A stretch of DNA of 64,000 nucleotides from Candidatus Poribacteria bacterium (GTDB lineage: Bacteria > Poribacteria > WGA-4E > WGA-3G). A program made the translations under genes and the position numbers. The DNA lies in contig OZ219750.1 in the NCBI GenBank assembly GCA_964291315.2, forward strand, positions 512,001 through 576,000, given 5' to 3'. The notes beneath the pieces are model-generated. The model had not been told where the DNA came from, searched no databases, and saw only the letters and a program-made list of their open reading frames with translations. Below are positions 31,862-41,561 of this stretch, piece after piece; the first letter of the stretch is position 1, and every line of letters starts with the position of its first letter.

Positions 31862-32021
31862 TCAAATGTTTCTCCTTTGTAATTTGTTGTGAATTTATAA
31901 AGTTTTTAGCGTGTAAAACCTTTAATATCGAAATTAACGGGGGTATTATTGTTCTTTGTGGTGCCGACGCACCTGCTCTGTTTGGTATGTCCGAGATTTG
32001 TACTCATCTTTATATGACCCA

Positions 32022-32156
32022 TTACAAACGCGAAACGATCGCTGGCATTTTCCAAGCTAGGATGATGATGCCAACAAACAGAACAAGATACCAGATAATC
32101 AACATTCGGACCCGTGTCCTTTTGAAAATACTATGTCGAGAGCGTCTCAATTTCAT
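32022..32156 (-). CDS. 44 aa small membrane protein (below the ORF-track cutoff)
   Basis: AAAGGA SD; MKLRRSRHSIFKRTRVRMLIIWYLVLFVGIIILAWKMPAIVSRL, a basic N-terminus plus one TM helix. Confidence 0.55.
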   Translation of the reverse strand: MKLRRSRHSIFKRTRVRMLIIWYLVLFVGIIILAWKMPAIVSRL

Positions 32157-32557
32157 GAGGTTTCCTTTTGCTAAAGGTTTTCATGGTACGGGAAATCATG
32201 TGCATGAAAAGGTGAAAACTGTGTAGATAATAATAGAAACTAGCTTTACATAGATAAGTATACCACATTTTCACTTATAAGTAAAGTGGGGTTGATAAGT
32301 AATTGATTGTTTTTTTCAAGAGAATCCTGTCTAGTATCGTCAGGTGATTACATCTTGACCCAAAGGAGTTCTCCGATGTGCATTGTATCACTCTTCTGCA
32401 GAATAGGCAATTTTTTTCTGGCGGTTTGCAAAGTACGCCGCGTCAAAGAAACCCGGTTGTCTGTGAGGTTTGCATCCGAGTGAGGTCGTCTATTCTCTAT
32501 CCGACATCTTAGGGATGATAGTCAAAAAGGTGTCCCCGATTTTTTTTATAAAAAAAC

Positions 32558-32587
32558 TTGACATTGAGGTGCGTTTTAAGATATATT
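32558..32587 (+). promoter_or_regulatory. Sigma70-like promoter for the lamin-tail-domain gene pair
   Basis: TTGACA-18 nt-TATATT, preceded by T/A tracts. Confidence 0.5.
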
Positions 32588-33061
32588 TAATATATCGTAG
32601 AAAAGATAGGGCGAAATAGTCCGAAAGTGAATTTGTAATCTATGAGACATGTGAAAGCTGTAGACACTTGCCCCAGAATCATGAAGTCAGAAGCTGACCC
32701 AACAGCACGAGATCTCACACCGACTAAAGAGCCTCCCGCAGCGGAAGATAGGCAGGAGCCAACCCCATTCTATAGCAAAAGAAGCGGTAGTTCTATTCTT
32801 TTCATATGTTTTATGTTGTTGTTCTGTTTTCACACAGTTTAAGGGAGTTTTGGCACTGCTATTTAACGCGCGAGAACAAGGAAAGTTGAAATCAGGATGT
32901 TTCGAACAGAAACGCCCTTCCACCTTAACATCAATAGATATGGGGTTTCCCTCAGGGTAAAGTTGACGTGTAAGTAAGCGAGAATGGGGCCGCTATCTCT
33001 GCGGTCATCTCTCATCGTGTCTATATTTAACCAATATCAATAACAGAGGAGAATGCACGTA

Positions 33062-35935
33062 ATGTTATGGAATAAAATTAGAATTTTCGTGGTTTTAGGG
33101 ATCATGTTTGTCTTTGCAACCACACACGCTTTTGGTGTCATTGGCCCAGGGGATGGCCGGGCTAGCTATACGCTGTGGACTGAACTCAAGAAATCCAAGG
33201 GCTTTACGATCATTATGAAGAGTTACGGTCTCGTTTATCCCGAGCCTAACAATCACAGGGCTACAGTCGCTAACAAGCGTATAGCTGACGTTGTACATGC
33301 GCGGGCGATCCCTGATTTGCCAGACCTGAAGGATTTACTGGTGCGCGGTGGTGCCATCACAATCTCAATGCGGGTGCCGCTAGCAGCCGAAATTACCGCC
33401 GATGGTGCTGACAAGCATACCCTAAAAGCCGACGCATCAGATGCGGATCTGATGAAGATGAAGCACCGCATCGTCATCACCGAGGTGAATTGGGGGACGG
33501 ATTTCCCGCACAGAACCGGTGCCCAATGGTTTGAACTCTATAACGCTGGCGCCGCTTTGAAAGCCAACGATTATATCAGATGGCACACGTATCCCAGTTT
33601 AGACGACACCGTTGTTCCTGAACCGGGCGAGACGTTCATGTGGGACGCTGATAATAATGCGGGCACAGCTGACCGCAAGTTTGTTGTTTTGGATCGTGTC
33701 GCCACGATCAATCGTTTTGGTCAGCGGTGGGAGCTGAAAGGTGCGGATGGCGATACTGCCGATGCCGATGCCGACCACAGTGCGGCTCCCTCTACCCTTA
33801 CCGCAGCGGATGTCTCTGATACACCTACGGATGGTAGGAATACCGCGGATCCTGCCAATGCGATGACCTCCATGTATCGGAAGATCGAGCTGGATGCCAC
33901 GGGTATGGCGTATGCATACGAAGGCGGAAAACCGAAGGGCCTCGGGGAAGGCAACGAAGCCAGCTCCTGGGAGACCTCTAAATATAAGGCTAAATATATC
34001 CTCTATGGCAATTACAAGGGGAGTCCGGGGGCTGTTCACTCACTTAATCCGGGTGGCCCGGGTGCAGCCTTGTTCAATATGACTCCCGCCTCTATCTCTC
34101 ACACAGGCATTATTATCAACGAGGTGCGCAACGACTCTTCAGACGATAACTTGGATTGGATAGAGCTGTTCTATAACAGTGATGATCCCGAAGCCAAGCC
34201 CGTGAATATAGAGAACTATAAGCTGAGCCTGGTGATGGGGAAGATGAAGTCTGATGGCAGCTATCACGAGTCGGGTGATGCCAACTTCACGGAGACCAAA
34301 CTCGCGGTGCTGCCGAAATACGAGATGACACCGGGCGAGTATGTCGTGATCTATAACCGGGAGCCTGGGAAGAGTGTTACGTTTGCTGGCGGTGAAAAAC
34401 TTCAGGATCTCTCTGCGAAAACGCACATCAAAAAGGGTGCCGCGCACAAGTATGTGGTAGAGACAGACCTGAAGCTGCCTGCTGAAGGCAAGTTCCTGAT
34501 CCTGCTGCGCACGCGGAATAGTGCGGATGACGTTGGCAAGCCGACAAATGTCAAAGACTACGCCGGCAACGGTTTCTTCAAGCGCATGGAAGATGAGAAG
34601 TTCGATACAAGTGTGTGGCCGTTTGTGGCGTGGTCTGCCCCGGGAGACGTTGAGGACTTCGGTAGCATGAACACCTTCGCCTCTACGAGTATGTCGTTCG
34701 GTCGGGAGGCTCAGTTGAATGCGAAGGGGATGTATTGGGCGAAGTCTCGTGCGAACCGTGTTCACAAAGACGATTGGATGACGTTCGGTTTCATGGGTGC
34801 TGGCTACGATCGCGGGCGCGATAAAACGGTTGACACGGCGAGTTCGCCTGGTACGCCGGGGTATCCGAACATAGGGGTGAGTATGATCGCGGATGACAAA
34901 AACACCGCATCGACTGACGATGACTACGTCTTCGATGGCAAAGTGAGCATCAGCGAGATTATGTATGATGCGGGGCCGCGCTCGAACTTGGCGCAGTGGA
35001 TAGAACTCTATAACAGCTCTATGAGCGAGACCATAGACCTTGCGGGCTGGGAGTTAGAGGTCCGCAACGAGCGTACAGAGATGGGTTCGTATGTCAATGC
35101 GAAGTTCACATTTGCTGCGGACACGTATCTGCCGCCGAATCAGACGTTGCTGCTGGTGTCGAACAATGGTGCGAACGATGTTGCGGAGAACTACGTTTAT
35201 AACTTGCAGGAGAAGCACGGGACTGCTCTGGGTTTGACAATGCGGGGTCGGCAGCTGCTGAGTGCGGCGGGCTTCCATCTGGAGCTTCGTGCGAAGGTCA
35301 ACACAAGCGGTGACTCGGCGTTGATGGTAGTAGACACAGCTGGCAACCTTGAGATATCGGGGACGGTGCGCACCCACGCCTGGGATTTGCCCGAGCGCGG
35401 TGAGATGCGGATGTCTATCACCCGCACGTATAAAGGCGGTTCCAATCCGGATGATGGTTTGATGCAAGCCTCTTGGCGGCAGTCAAACCTAGCAGGTGCC
35501 TCGCTGACGTATTACGGACACCGAGACGATATCGGTTCCCCCGGCTACCGGGTCGGTGGTCCGTTGCCGGTTTCGCTCTCGAGTTTCCGTCCTGTGCGCG
35601 ATGCCTCGACGGGCCATGTTGAGATTACGTGGGTAACGCAGTCCGAGCTCAACAACGCCGGGTTCAATATCCTGCGCAGCGAAAGCAAGACGGGTGAGTT
35701 TTCGGTTATCAACACGAAGGGTCTGATTGCGGGGCACGGGACGACGTCCGAGAAGCATGTGTATCGCTACACAGATACCGCTGCGAAGCCGAACGTGGTG
35801 TATTACTACCAGATAGAAGACGTCTCTATGGACGGGGTGCGCACGACGTTACGCACGACGCATCTGCGTGGGGATGTCTCTGCGAGGGGTAAGCTCACGA
35901 CGCGTTGGGGAGAGCTGAAATCGTCTGACAAATAG
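33062..35935 (+). CDS. Large secreted protein: three lamin-tail-domain-like repeats, PLPVSLSSF Ig-like domain, KLTTRWGELK tail
   Basis: Signal peptide; repeats IVITEVNW..QWFELYN, IIINEVRN..DWIELFYN, VSISEIMY..QWIELYN each ending in SPG; start set at ATG 33062 from the SD and the paralog. Confidence 0.85.
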   Translation: MLWNKIRIFVVLGIMFVFATTHAFGVIGPGDGRASYTLWTELKKSKGFTIIMKSYGLVYPEPNNHRATVANKRIADVVHARAIPDLPDLKDLLVRGGAITISMRVPLAAEITADGADKHTLKADASDADLMKMKHRIVITEVNWGTDFPHRTGAQWFELYNAGAALKANDYIRWHTYPSLDDTVVPEPGETFMWDADNNAGTADRKFVVLDRVATINRFGQRWELKGADGDTADADADHSAAPSTLTAADVSDTPTDGRNTADPANAMTSMYRKIELDATGMAYAYEGGKPKGLGEGNEASSWETSKYKAKYILYGNYKGSPGAVHSLNPGGPGAALFNMTPASISHTGIIINEVRNDSSDDNLDWIELFYNSDDPEAKPVNIENYKLSLVMGKMKSDGSYHESGDANFTETKLAVLPKYEMTPGEYVVIYNREPGKSVTFAGGEKLQDLSAKTHIKKGAAHKYVVETDLKLPAEGKFLILLRTRNSADDVGKPTNVKDYAGNGFFKRMEDEKFDTSVWPFVAWSAPGDVEDFGSMNTFASTSMSFGREAQLNAKGMYWAKSRANRVHKDDWMTFGFMGAGYDRGRDKTVDTASSPGTPGYPNIGVSMIADDKNTASTDDDYVFDGKVSISEIMYDAGPRSNLAQWIELYNSSMSETIDLAGWELEVRNERTEMGSYVNAKFTFAADTYLPPNQTLLLVSNNGANDVAENYVYNLQEKHGTALGLTMRGRQLLSAAGFHLELRAKVNTSGDSALMVVDTAGNLEISGTVRTHAWDLPERGEMRMSITRTYKGGSNPDDGLMQASWRQSNLAGASLTYYGHRDDIGSPGYRVGGPLPVSLSSFRPVRDASTGHVEITWVTQSELNNAGFNILRSESKTGEFSVINTKGLIAGHGTTSEKHVYRYTDTAAKPNVVYYYQIEDVSMDGVRTTLRTTHLRGDVSARGKLTTRWGELKSSDK

Positions 35936-35950
35936 CAGACACAACATATA

Positions 35951-35996
35951 GCGCAAGCTTGATACATATTTATGCAAATATGTGTCAAGCTTGCGT
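35951..35996 (+). repeat. Long intergenic hairpin (~21 bp) between the paralogs, without a U-tract
   Basis: cgcaagcttgatacatattt-atgc-aaatatgtgtcaagcttgcg. Confidence 0.8.
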
Positions 35997-36023
35997 CACC
36001 AATAACAGAGGAGAACAAAAATA

Positions 36024-38765
36024 ATGTTATGGAATAAAATCAGAATTTTGGTAGTGTTAGGGCTTGTGTGTCTCTTTGCAACCCCCCAGGCTTCCGCGCA
36101 GCTTAACGCTGTGACGGGAGGTAGCACAGCCCACCTCCTTGAAGCCAAAAAGTTCTTTATCTGGGCGAGATCTGGCGAGAAAGATCATAACGGCATCTTG
36201 CCCGAAGCAAAAGGGCGGGTGCAGAACTCAAGGCTTTGGGTTGACCTACGGAGTAGACTCGAAAGCGGTCCTGGGCTTGTCCTTACAGTGCGAGTGCCCT
36301 TACAGAGCGAAGTTGATGTGGCGGGTGCAGAGTATAGCTTGAAACCTAATGCGACAGCGGAGGACGCGATGAAGCTCAAGCACCAAATCGTTATCACCGA
36401 AATAATGTGGGGGACAGATGTGCCTTCAAGAGCACATACCGCTGCGACAGATAATCCGCAGTGGCTAGAACTCTACGTCCAAGGCGGTCTGAAAAAGAAC
36501 GATTCCACCTGGCTACGACATACTGGACTCTTTCCTGATGCTCGAGGGTATCGCGCAGGGGAGATGTTTGAGATGACTGAATTAGATGATTCCAAGCGCA
36601 AATATGTCGTTCTGGATCGTGTAACAACGGTCGATCGTTTTGGGCGGAAGTGGCAGCTGAAAGGCAGCAACGGTGATACCGACGGCGATGCAGAGAAGGG
36701 CATAGCTCCGATGCCCATGGTTTCTATGTATCGGAAGATAGAGCTGGATGCGACAGGCAAGGCGTATGCGTATGAAAACGGAAAACTGAAGGGGCTCGGG
36801 GACGGCAGTGAACCCGGTTCCTGGGAGGCTTCCGTCGGCTCGGTTAACATCAGCGATCCGTACATCGGTTCCCCGGGCAGCGTTCATGTGCCTTTGGGCG
36901 GTCCCCATGTTGTCAAGTTTGATATGAAACCTGCGGCTATCTCCCCTACCGGTATTATCATCAACGAGGTGCGCAACGATACGTCAAGTGTGAACTTGGA
37001 CTGGATAGAGTTGTTCTATAATAGCGATAGTGCCTCGGATGCGCCCGTGAATATAGAGAACTATCAGCTGAGCCTGGTGATGGGGAAGATGATGACGGAC
37101 GGTAGCGGGTATCACGAGTCCGGGGATGCCAACTTCACGGACACGAGCTTGGCGGTGCTGCCGAAATATAGTATGAAGCCGGGCGAGTATGTCGTCGTCT
37201 ATAACCGAGACCCGGGGCGCGGTCTTGCTTTCGCTGGGGGTACAAACCTTCAGAGTCTCTTGGACGACTCGGATGTCAACACGGGTGCCACGCACAAGTA
37301 TGTGGTTGCGAAAGACCTAAAACTTCCGGCTGAAGGCAAGTTCCTGATCCTGCTGCGCAACGCAAAAGAGAAGCTAAAAACGGCGGATAATGTCATAGAC
37401 TATGCGGGCAACGGGTTCTTCACACGGGTAGAAGATAGGAAGTTCAATACAGACGTTTGGCCGTTCGTGGGATGGATGTCCCCGGGAGACGTTGAGGACT
37501 TCGGTAGCATGAATACCTTCGCCTCTCGGAACATGTCTTTTGGTCGGGGTGTGCAGATCAATTCGCAGGGCATGTATTGGGCGAAGTCTCGTGCGAACCG
37601 CGTTCACAAAGACGACTGGCAGTCGTTTGGGTTCATCGGCACTGGCTACGACCGCGGCAAAGATAGATCTGTTGACACAGTGACGTCCCCTGGCACGCCG
37701 GGGTATCCGAACATGGCGGTGAACAACGTCTCCGAGGGCGACTACACGTTTGATGGCAAAGTGAGCATCAGCGAGATTATGTATGATGCGGGGCCGCGCT
37801 CGAACTTGGTGCAGTGGATAGAGCTCTACAACAGCTCTATGATGGATACGGTGAACCTTGAGGGGTGGGAGTTAGATATCCGCAACCAGGAGACAGGCGG
37901 CTTGTATGTCGACGCAACCCTCACCTTTAAGGCAGGGGCGTATATCCCGCCGAATCAGACGCTGCTGCTGGTCTCGAGTAGTGCTGCGAACGATGTTGCG
38001 GATAACTATGTCTACAACCTGTTGGAGAAGCACCGTAGCGATCTCAGGTTGACGGCGTCTGGTCGGCAGCTGCTGAATGCGGCGGGCTTCTATTTGGAGC
38101 TGCGTGCGAAGGTCAGCGGTGGCGATCCGATGGTTATGGATGCAGCCGGCAACCTTGAGGTAGACGGTACTTCACTCACGAAGATGTGGGATTTGCCCGG
38201 AAGCGGTGAGCTGCGGACCTCTATTGTGCGGGTCTATGGGGGTGTGTTCAACGACATGACAGAGGGTTCTGGCCCGCACGATGCTGATGATGGAACGATG
38301 GCGGCCTCGTGGCGGCAGTCTAGTATGGCCTCGTTGACCTTCTACGGGCAGCGGAGCGATATCGGCTCCCCGGGTTATCGGCGCGGTGGCCCGTTGCCGG
38401 TTTCACTCTCGAGTTTCCGTCCTGTGCGCGATGTCTCGACGGGCCATGTTGAGATTAGCTGGGTAACGCAGTCCGAGCTCAACAATGCGGGGTTCAATAT
38501 CCTGCGCAGCGAGAGCAAGACGGGCGAGTTCAAGGCTATCAACGCCGAGGGTCTGATTGCGGGGCACGGCACGACGTCCGAGAAGCATGTGTATACCTAC
38601 ACAGATACCACTGCGAAGCCGAATGTGGTGTATTACTACCAGATAGAAGACGTCTCTATGGACGGGGTGCGTACGACGCTACGGACGACGCATCTGCGTG
38701 GGGATGTCTCTGCGAGGGGTAAGCTCACAACCCGTTGGGGAGAGCTCAAATCGTCTGACAAATAG
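36024..38765 (+). CDS. Tandem paralog: large secreted triple lamin-tail-domain-like protein with KLTTRWGELK tail
   Basis: Same architecture and same MLWNKIRI start; 3' end near-identical to 33062-35935. Confidence 0.85.
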   Translation: MLWNKIRILVVLGLVCLFATPQASAQLNAVTGGSTAHLLEAKKFFIWARSGEKDHNGILPEAKGRVQNSRLWVDLRSRLESGPGLVLTVRVPLQSEVDVAGAEYSLKPNATAEDAMKLKHQIVITEIMWGTDVPSRAHTAATDNPQWLELYVQGGLKKNDSTWLRHTGLFPDARGYRAGEMFEMTELDDSKRKYVVLDRVTTVDRFGRKWQLKGSNGDTDGDAEKGIAPMPMVSMYRKIELDATGKAYAYENGKLKGLGDGSEPGSWEASVGSVNISDPYIGSPGSVHVPLGGPHVVKFDMKPAAISPTGIIINEVRNDTSSVNLDWIELFYNSDSASDAPVNIENYQLSLVMGKMMTDGSGYHESGDANFTDTSLAVLPKYSMKPGEYVVVYNRDPGRGLAFAGGTNLQSLLDDSDVNTGATHKYVVAKDLKLPAEGKFLILLRNAKEKLKTADNVIDYAGNGFFTRVEDRKFNTDVWPFVGWMSPGDVEDFGSMNTFASRNMSFGRGVQINSQGMYWAKSRANRVHKDDWQSFGFIGTGYDRGKDRSVDTVTSPGTPGYPNMAVNNVSEGDYTFDGKVSISEIMYDAGPRSNLVQWIELYNSSMMDTVNLEGWELDIRNQETGGLYVDATLTFKAGAYIPPNQTLLLVSSSAANDVADNYVYNLLEKHRSDLRLTASGRQLLNAAGFYLELRAKVSGGDPMVMDAAGNLEVDGTSLTKMWDLPGSGELRTSIVRVYGGVFNDMTEGSGPHDADDGTMAASWRQSSMASLTFYGQRSDIGSPGYRRGGPLPVSLSSFRPVRDVSTGHVEISWVTQSELNNAGFNILRSESKTGEFKAINAEGLIAGHGTTSEKHVYTYTDTTAKPNVVYYYQIEDVSMDGVRTTLRTTHLRGDVSARGKLTTRWGELKSSDK

Positions 38766-38816
38766 CAGACACAGCGGTTAGAAATAGACAAGCTAACCTT
38801 ACAGATCAACTAACAA

Positions 38817-38858
38817 AACGTTGGGGGTGGAACGGATGTTCCACCCCCAACGTCTTTT
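38817..38858 (+). terminator. Rho-independent terminator
   Basis: acgttgggggtggaac-ggat-gttccacccccaacgt followed by ctttt. Confidence 0.85.
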
Positions 38859-39079
38859 AACCCCAGGCGCTCTCTGTTTCTTTTTTTTTCATGTGAGAAA
38901 TTCACGGCAATCAGCGTATTATCCTACAATAACGTGATCTTGATAATTATTGGGTTCATCTTTGGGTAAAGAGATCTATTGTCTAGCCGAGCAGGAAACC
39001 ATGCTACAAAAGATCCTTACTAAATCACTTTTCAAATCCCTATTATTTTAGGAAACTGCTAGATTGTTTTAGGTGTTTT

Positions 39080-39898
39080 CTATGTTTTGGCAACAAGGGT
39101 GAGTTCCGTTTTTCCATCAAGTCCAGCAACAACAGGAAATGTTTTCTCCGCGGGTTTTCCACCTTTTGGGACGTACTGGGCCTGTGGTGAAAAGTAGGCG
39201 TACAACGCTGTATTCCGGGGATTTGGAGTTGTGTTTGGACCTGAGCCGTGTACCGTCAGGCTGTGGAAAAATAAGGCACTCCCGGCAGAAAGTGGCACAT
39301 CTGTCTGTTGTTCTGAGATCCCTTTTCGGTGGGTGAGTTTTGCATCCTGCTGCCGCGCGATATGCCCCCAGGATTGCATGCCCCACAAGTGACTTCTTGG
39401 GATCACCTTGAAACAACCATTGTCGGGTGTAGCATTGTTGAGTGCGATGCTGACTGTAACAAGATTGGGCGGCTCCATGGGCCAGTACGCCGAGTCTTGA
39501 TGTAATCCGTGTGAGGATCCGTGGAACGCTGGTTTAAACATTAATGTGCTTCTAAAAAGCAACAGATCTGGTCCAATAAGTGCTTGGACGACAGCAATAA
39601 GTTTAGGATGCTTTGCAAGATCCCGAAATATTTGGGAGTACTGCCGTGTGTTTTCTGCTTTCCGCAGGATCGGCAAATTGCTCCCCTGCATTTTGTTTTT
39701 TGCGAAGGGTTCATATTGTACGTGCCGCCGTGCTATATCTGCTCGTTCTTTTTCACCATCGGATTCCTGCCCTGCAGCGAATTGATGTAACCGATGAATT
39801 TCTGCTTGACATTCCATTACTTCTTCTGCAGACAGCAGATTGTCTACAACCAGATAACCTTCCTTCTCAAAACATGTTTTTCGATCCTGCAGATCCAT
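39080..39898 (-). CDS. Phytanoyl-CoA dioxygenase (PhyH) family protein
   Basis: HQDSAYW, NGCFKVIPRSH, HSLTVHGSGPN; GGAGG SD before ATG 39898. Confidence 0.92.
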   Translation of the reverse strand: MDLQDRKTCFEKEGYLVVDNLLSAEEVMECQAEIHRLHQFAAGQESDGEKERADIARRHVQYEPFAKNKMQGSNLPILRKAENTRQYSQIFRDLAKHPKLIAVVQALIGPDLLLFRSTLMFKPAFHGSSHGLHQDSAYWPMEPPNLVTVSIALNNATPDNGCFKVIPRSHLWGMQSWGHIARQQDAKLTHRKGISEQQTDVPLSAGSALFFHSLTVHGSGPNTTPNPRNTALYAYFSPQAQYVPKGGKPAEKTFPVVAGLDGKTELTLVAKT

Positions 39899-39899
39899 T

Positions 39900-41330
39900 T
39901 TAGCCTCCAATCAATTGTTTAATTTCCCAAACGATACTTGAAATTGCAAAGCCGACATAGACACATGAAGCGATCAGCATCATGAAAGTGGAGAGTCGTT
40001 TGGGTTTTGCAAAGTCAGGCAGGAAACGGTAGTTCATATAAAGTGTGAGTGGTACGTAGAGTGCCATAGCAAAACCGCCCATGTATGCTGCATTAAAAAG
40101 AAATCCTAGTTCACTAACGTTCAGTTGCTCCATCACAAACGTTATTACACATCCGCCGACGATCCAGACACCGGCGATGAGGAGGTACCACCAGCTCAAA
40201 TCTCGCTTTTGTGCTCCTCGGAAGTTGGTATAGATAATATCGGAAATTGAGCGCGATACACCGTCAACGAGCGCGAGTTGTGTGCCGAAAAGTGTTGCAA
40301 CGCCAACGAGTAAGAAAATTTTCTGTCCTGCTACACCCCAGATTTCACCTAGTATTTGCGCTTCATCGTAGATGAGTCTGCCTGGCTCGGGAATAATCCC
40401 TTGTGGGTGTAAAACCGAGAGTGCTCCGAAAATAAAGAGCAGAATTGTGAAAGTATTCAGTGCCCAAAAGAAAAGGATTTGGTCGCTTTTGACATACTGC
40501 CACCATGCCATGAACCGTTTTCGGTTCTCCTCCGTGGCTTCGAAGAGAAACCCGGTAGCGGGGACCTTTGCACTTCTGCCTCGGAGTGGACTCTGCAGCC
40601 CTGGTAACTGTGCACCCATACCGATGTTTTTATCGCGTAGATAAAACGTGTAGAAGAGGTTTGCTGTCCCTCCTGCACCTGCGAAGACTAAAGCGCTGAA
40701 AAATTTTTTCACCGATATGTCGGGGGCTATGTATCCTACGTTTATTAGACCGCTGCCGAGGTCCTTCCATATGTCCATTGAACCGACAGTGAGGGCTACT
40801 AGAATCAGCCCAATTGTTACGATAGCGACGAGGACCTCGACCGTCCTTTCAACAGATTGGTAAACCATCTTGGGTCCAAAAAGGATGAGCGCGACCATAG
40901 AGAACGTCACTATCGTCCAGAAGGTATCAGACCCCCAGCCCCCGGGTCCAAACACAAGTGCTTTGAGCGCGAGTCCTGATGTCCTTGCCCACCCTGGGGC
41001 TATCCAGCCGACAACAGTCAACAGAATGAACAATGGGGCGAAACCTCGCCAGATGCGGCTGTAACCTGTGTATACCGTCTCACCTGTAGAGATGGTCCAA
41101 CGTGCTACTTCAAAGTTAATCCAGAGTTGGAGGAATACACCAAGGGCTGCTGCCCAAATCATGCTGCCTCCGTATTCAGCGGCAATGAGCGGCCAAATTA
41201 CACTCTCACCTGCACCGATAGACAAACCGACCAAGATAGCCCCTGGCCCGGCAATCTTCCAAAATGGTAACTGTTTTTCGGGTAACTCAACAATTTTAAA
41301 TTCGTCGAGGGGTTGGTAGATTCTTGACAT
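39900..41330 (-). CDS. Nramp-like (YcsG-type) transporter
   Basis: GPGAILVGLSIGAGE; many TM helices; start moved to ATG 41330. Confidence 0.8.
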   Translation of the reverse strand: MSRIYQPLDEFKIVELPEKQLPFWKIAGPGAILVGLSIGAGESVIWPLIAAEYGGSMIWAAALGVFLQLWINFEVARWTISTGETVYTGYSRIWRGFAPLFILLTVVGWIAPGWARTSGLALKALVFGPGGWGSDTFWTIVTFSMVALILFGPKMVYQSVERTVEVLVAIVTIGLILVALTVGSMDIWKDLGSGLINVGYIAPDISVKKFFSALVFAGAGGTANLFYTFYLRDKNIGMGAQLPGLQSPLRGRSAKVPATGFLFEATEENRKRFMAWWQYVKSDQILFFWALNTFTILLFIFGALSVLHPQGIIPEPGRLIYDEAQILGEIWGVAGQKIFLLVGVATLFGTQLALVDGVSRSISDIIYTNFRGAQKRDLSWWYLLIAGVWIVGGCVITFVMEQLNVSELGFLFNAAYMGGFAMALYVPLTLYMNYRFLPDFAKPKRLSTFMMLIASCVYVGFAISSIVWEIKQLIGG

Positions 41331-41561
41331 ATTTCTTCCTCTTGTAATGTCGTGTGCGTTTCCCTTCTCTGGGATGCGTCTCGTAAAATAGTCCGGCAGC
41401 ACTTTCATCTTTGACGAACCTCGCGTTCGTGCTTGTGCTTTATATATACCTTTCAGCCCCAAAAGTTTAGTTTTTTTGCAGGATGCGGTTTTCGGGCAGT
41501 CTTGGGTGTCCGAACCCTCAAAACCGGGTCGCTCTTCTGTCGTTTCCATCGGGCGTGACGT

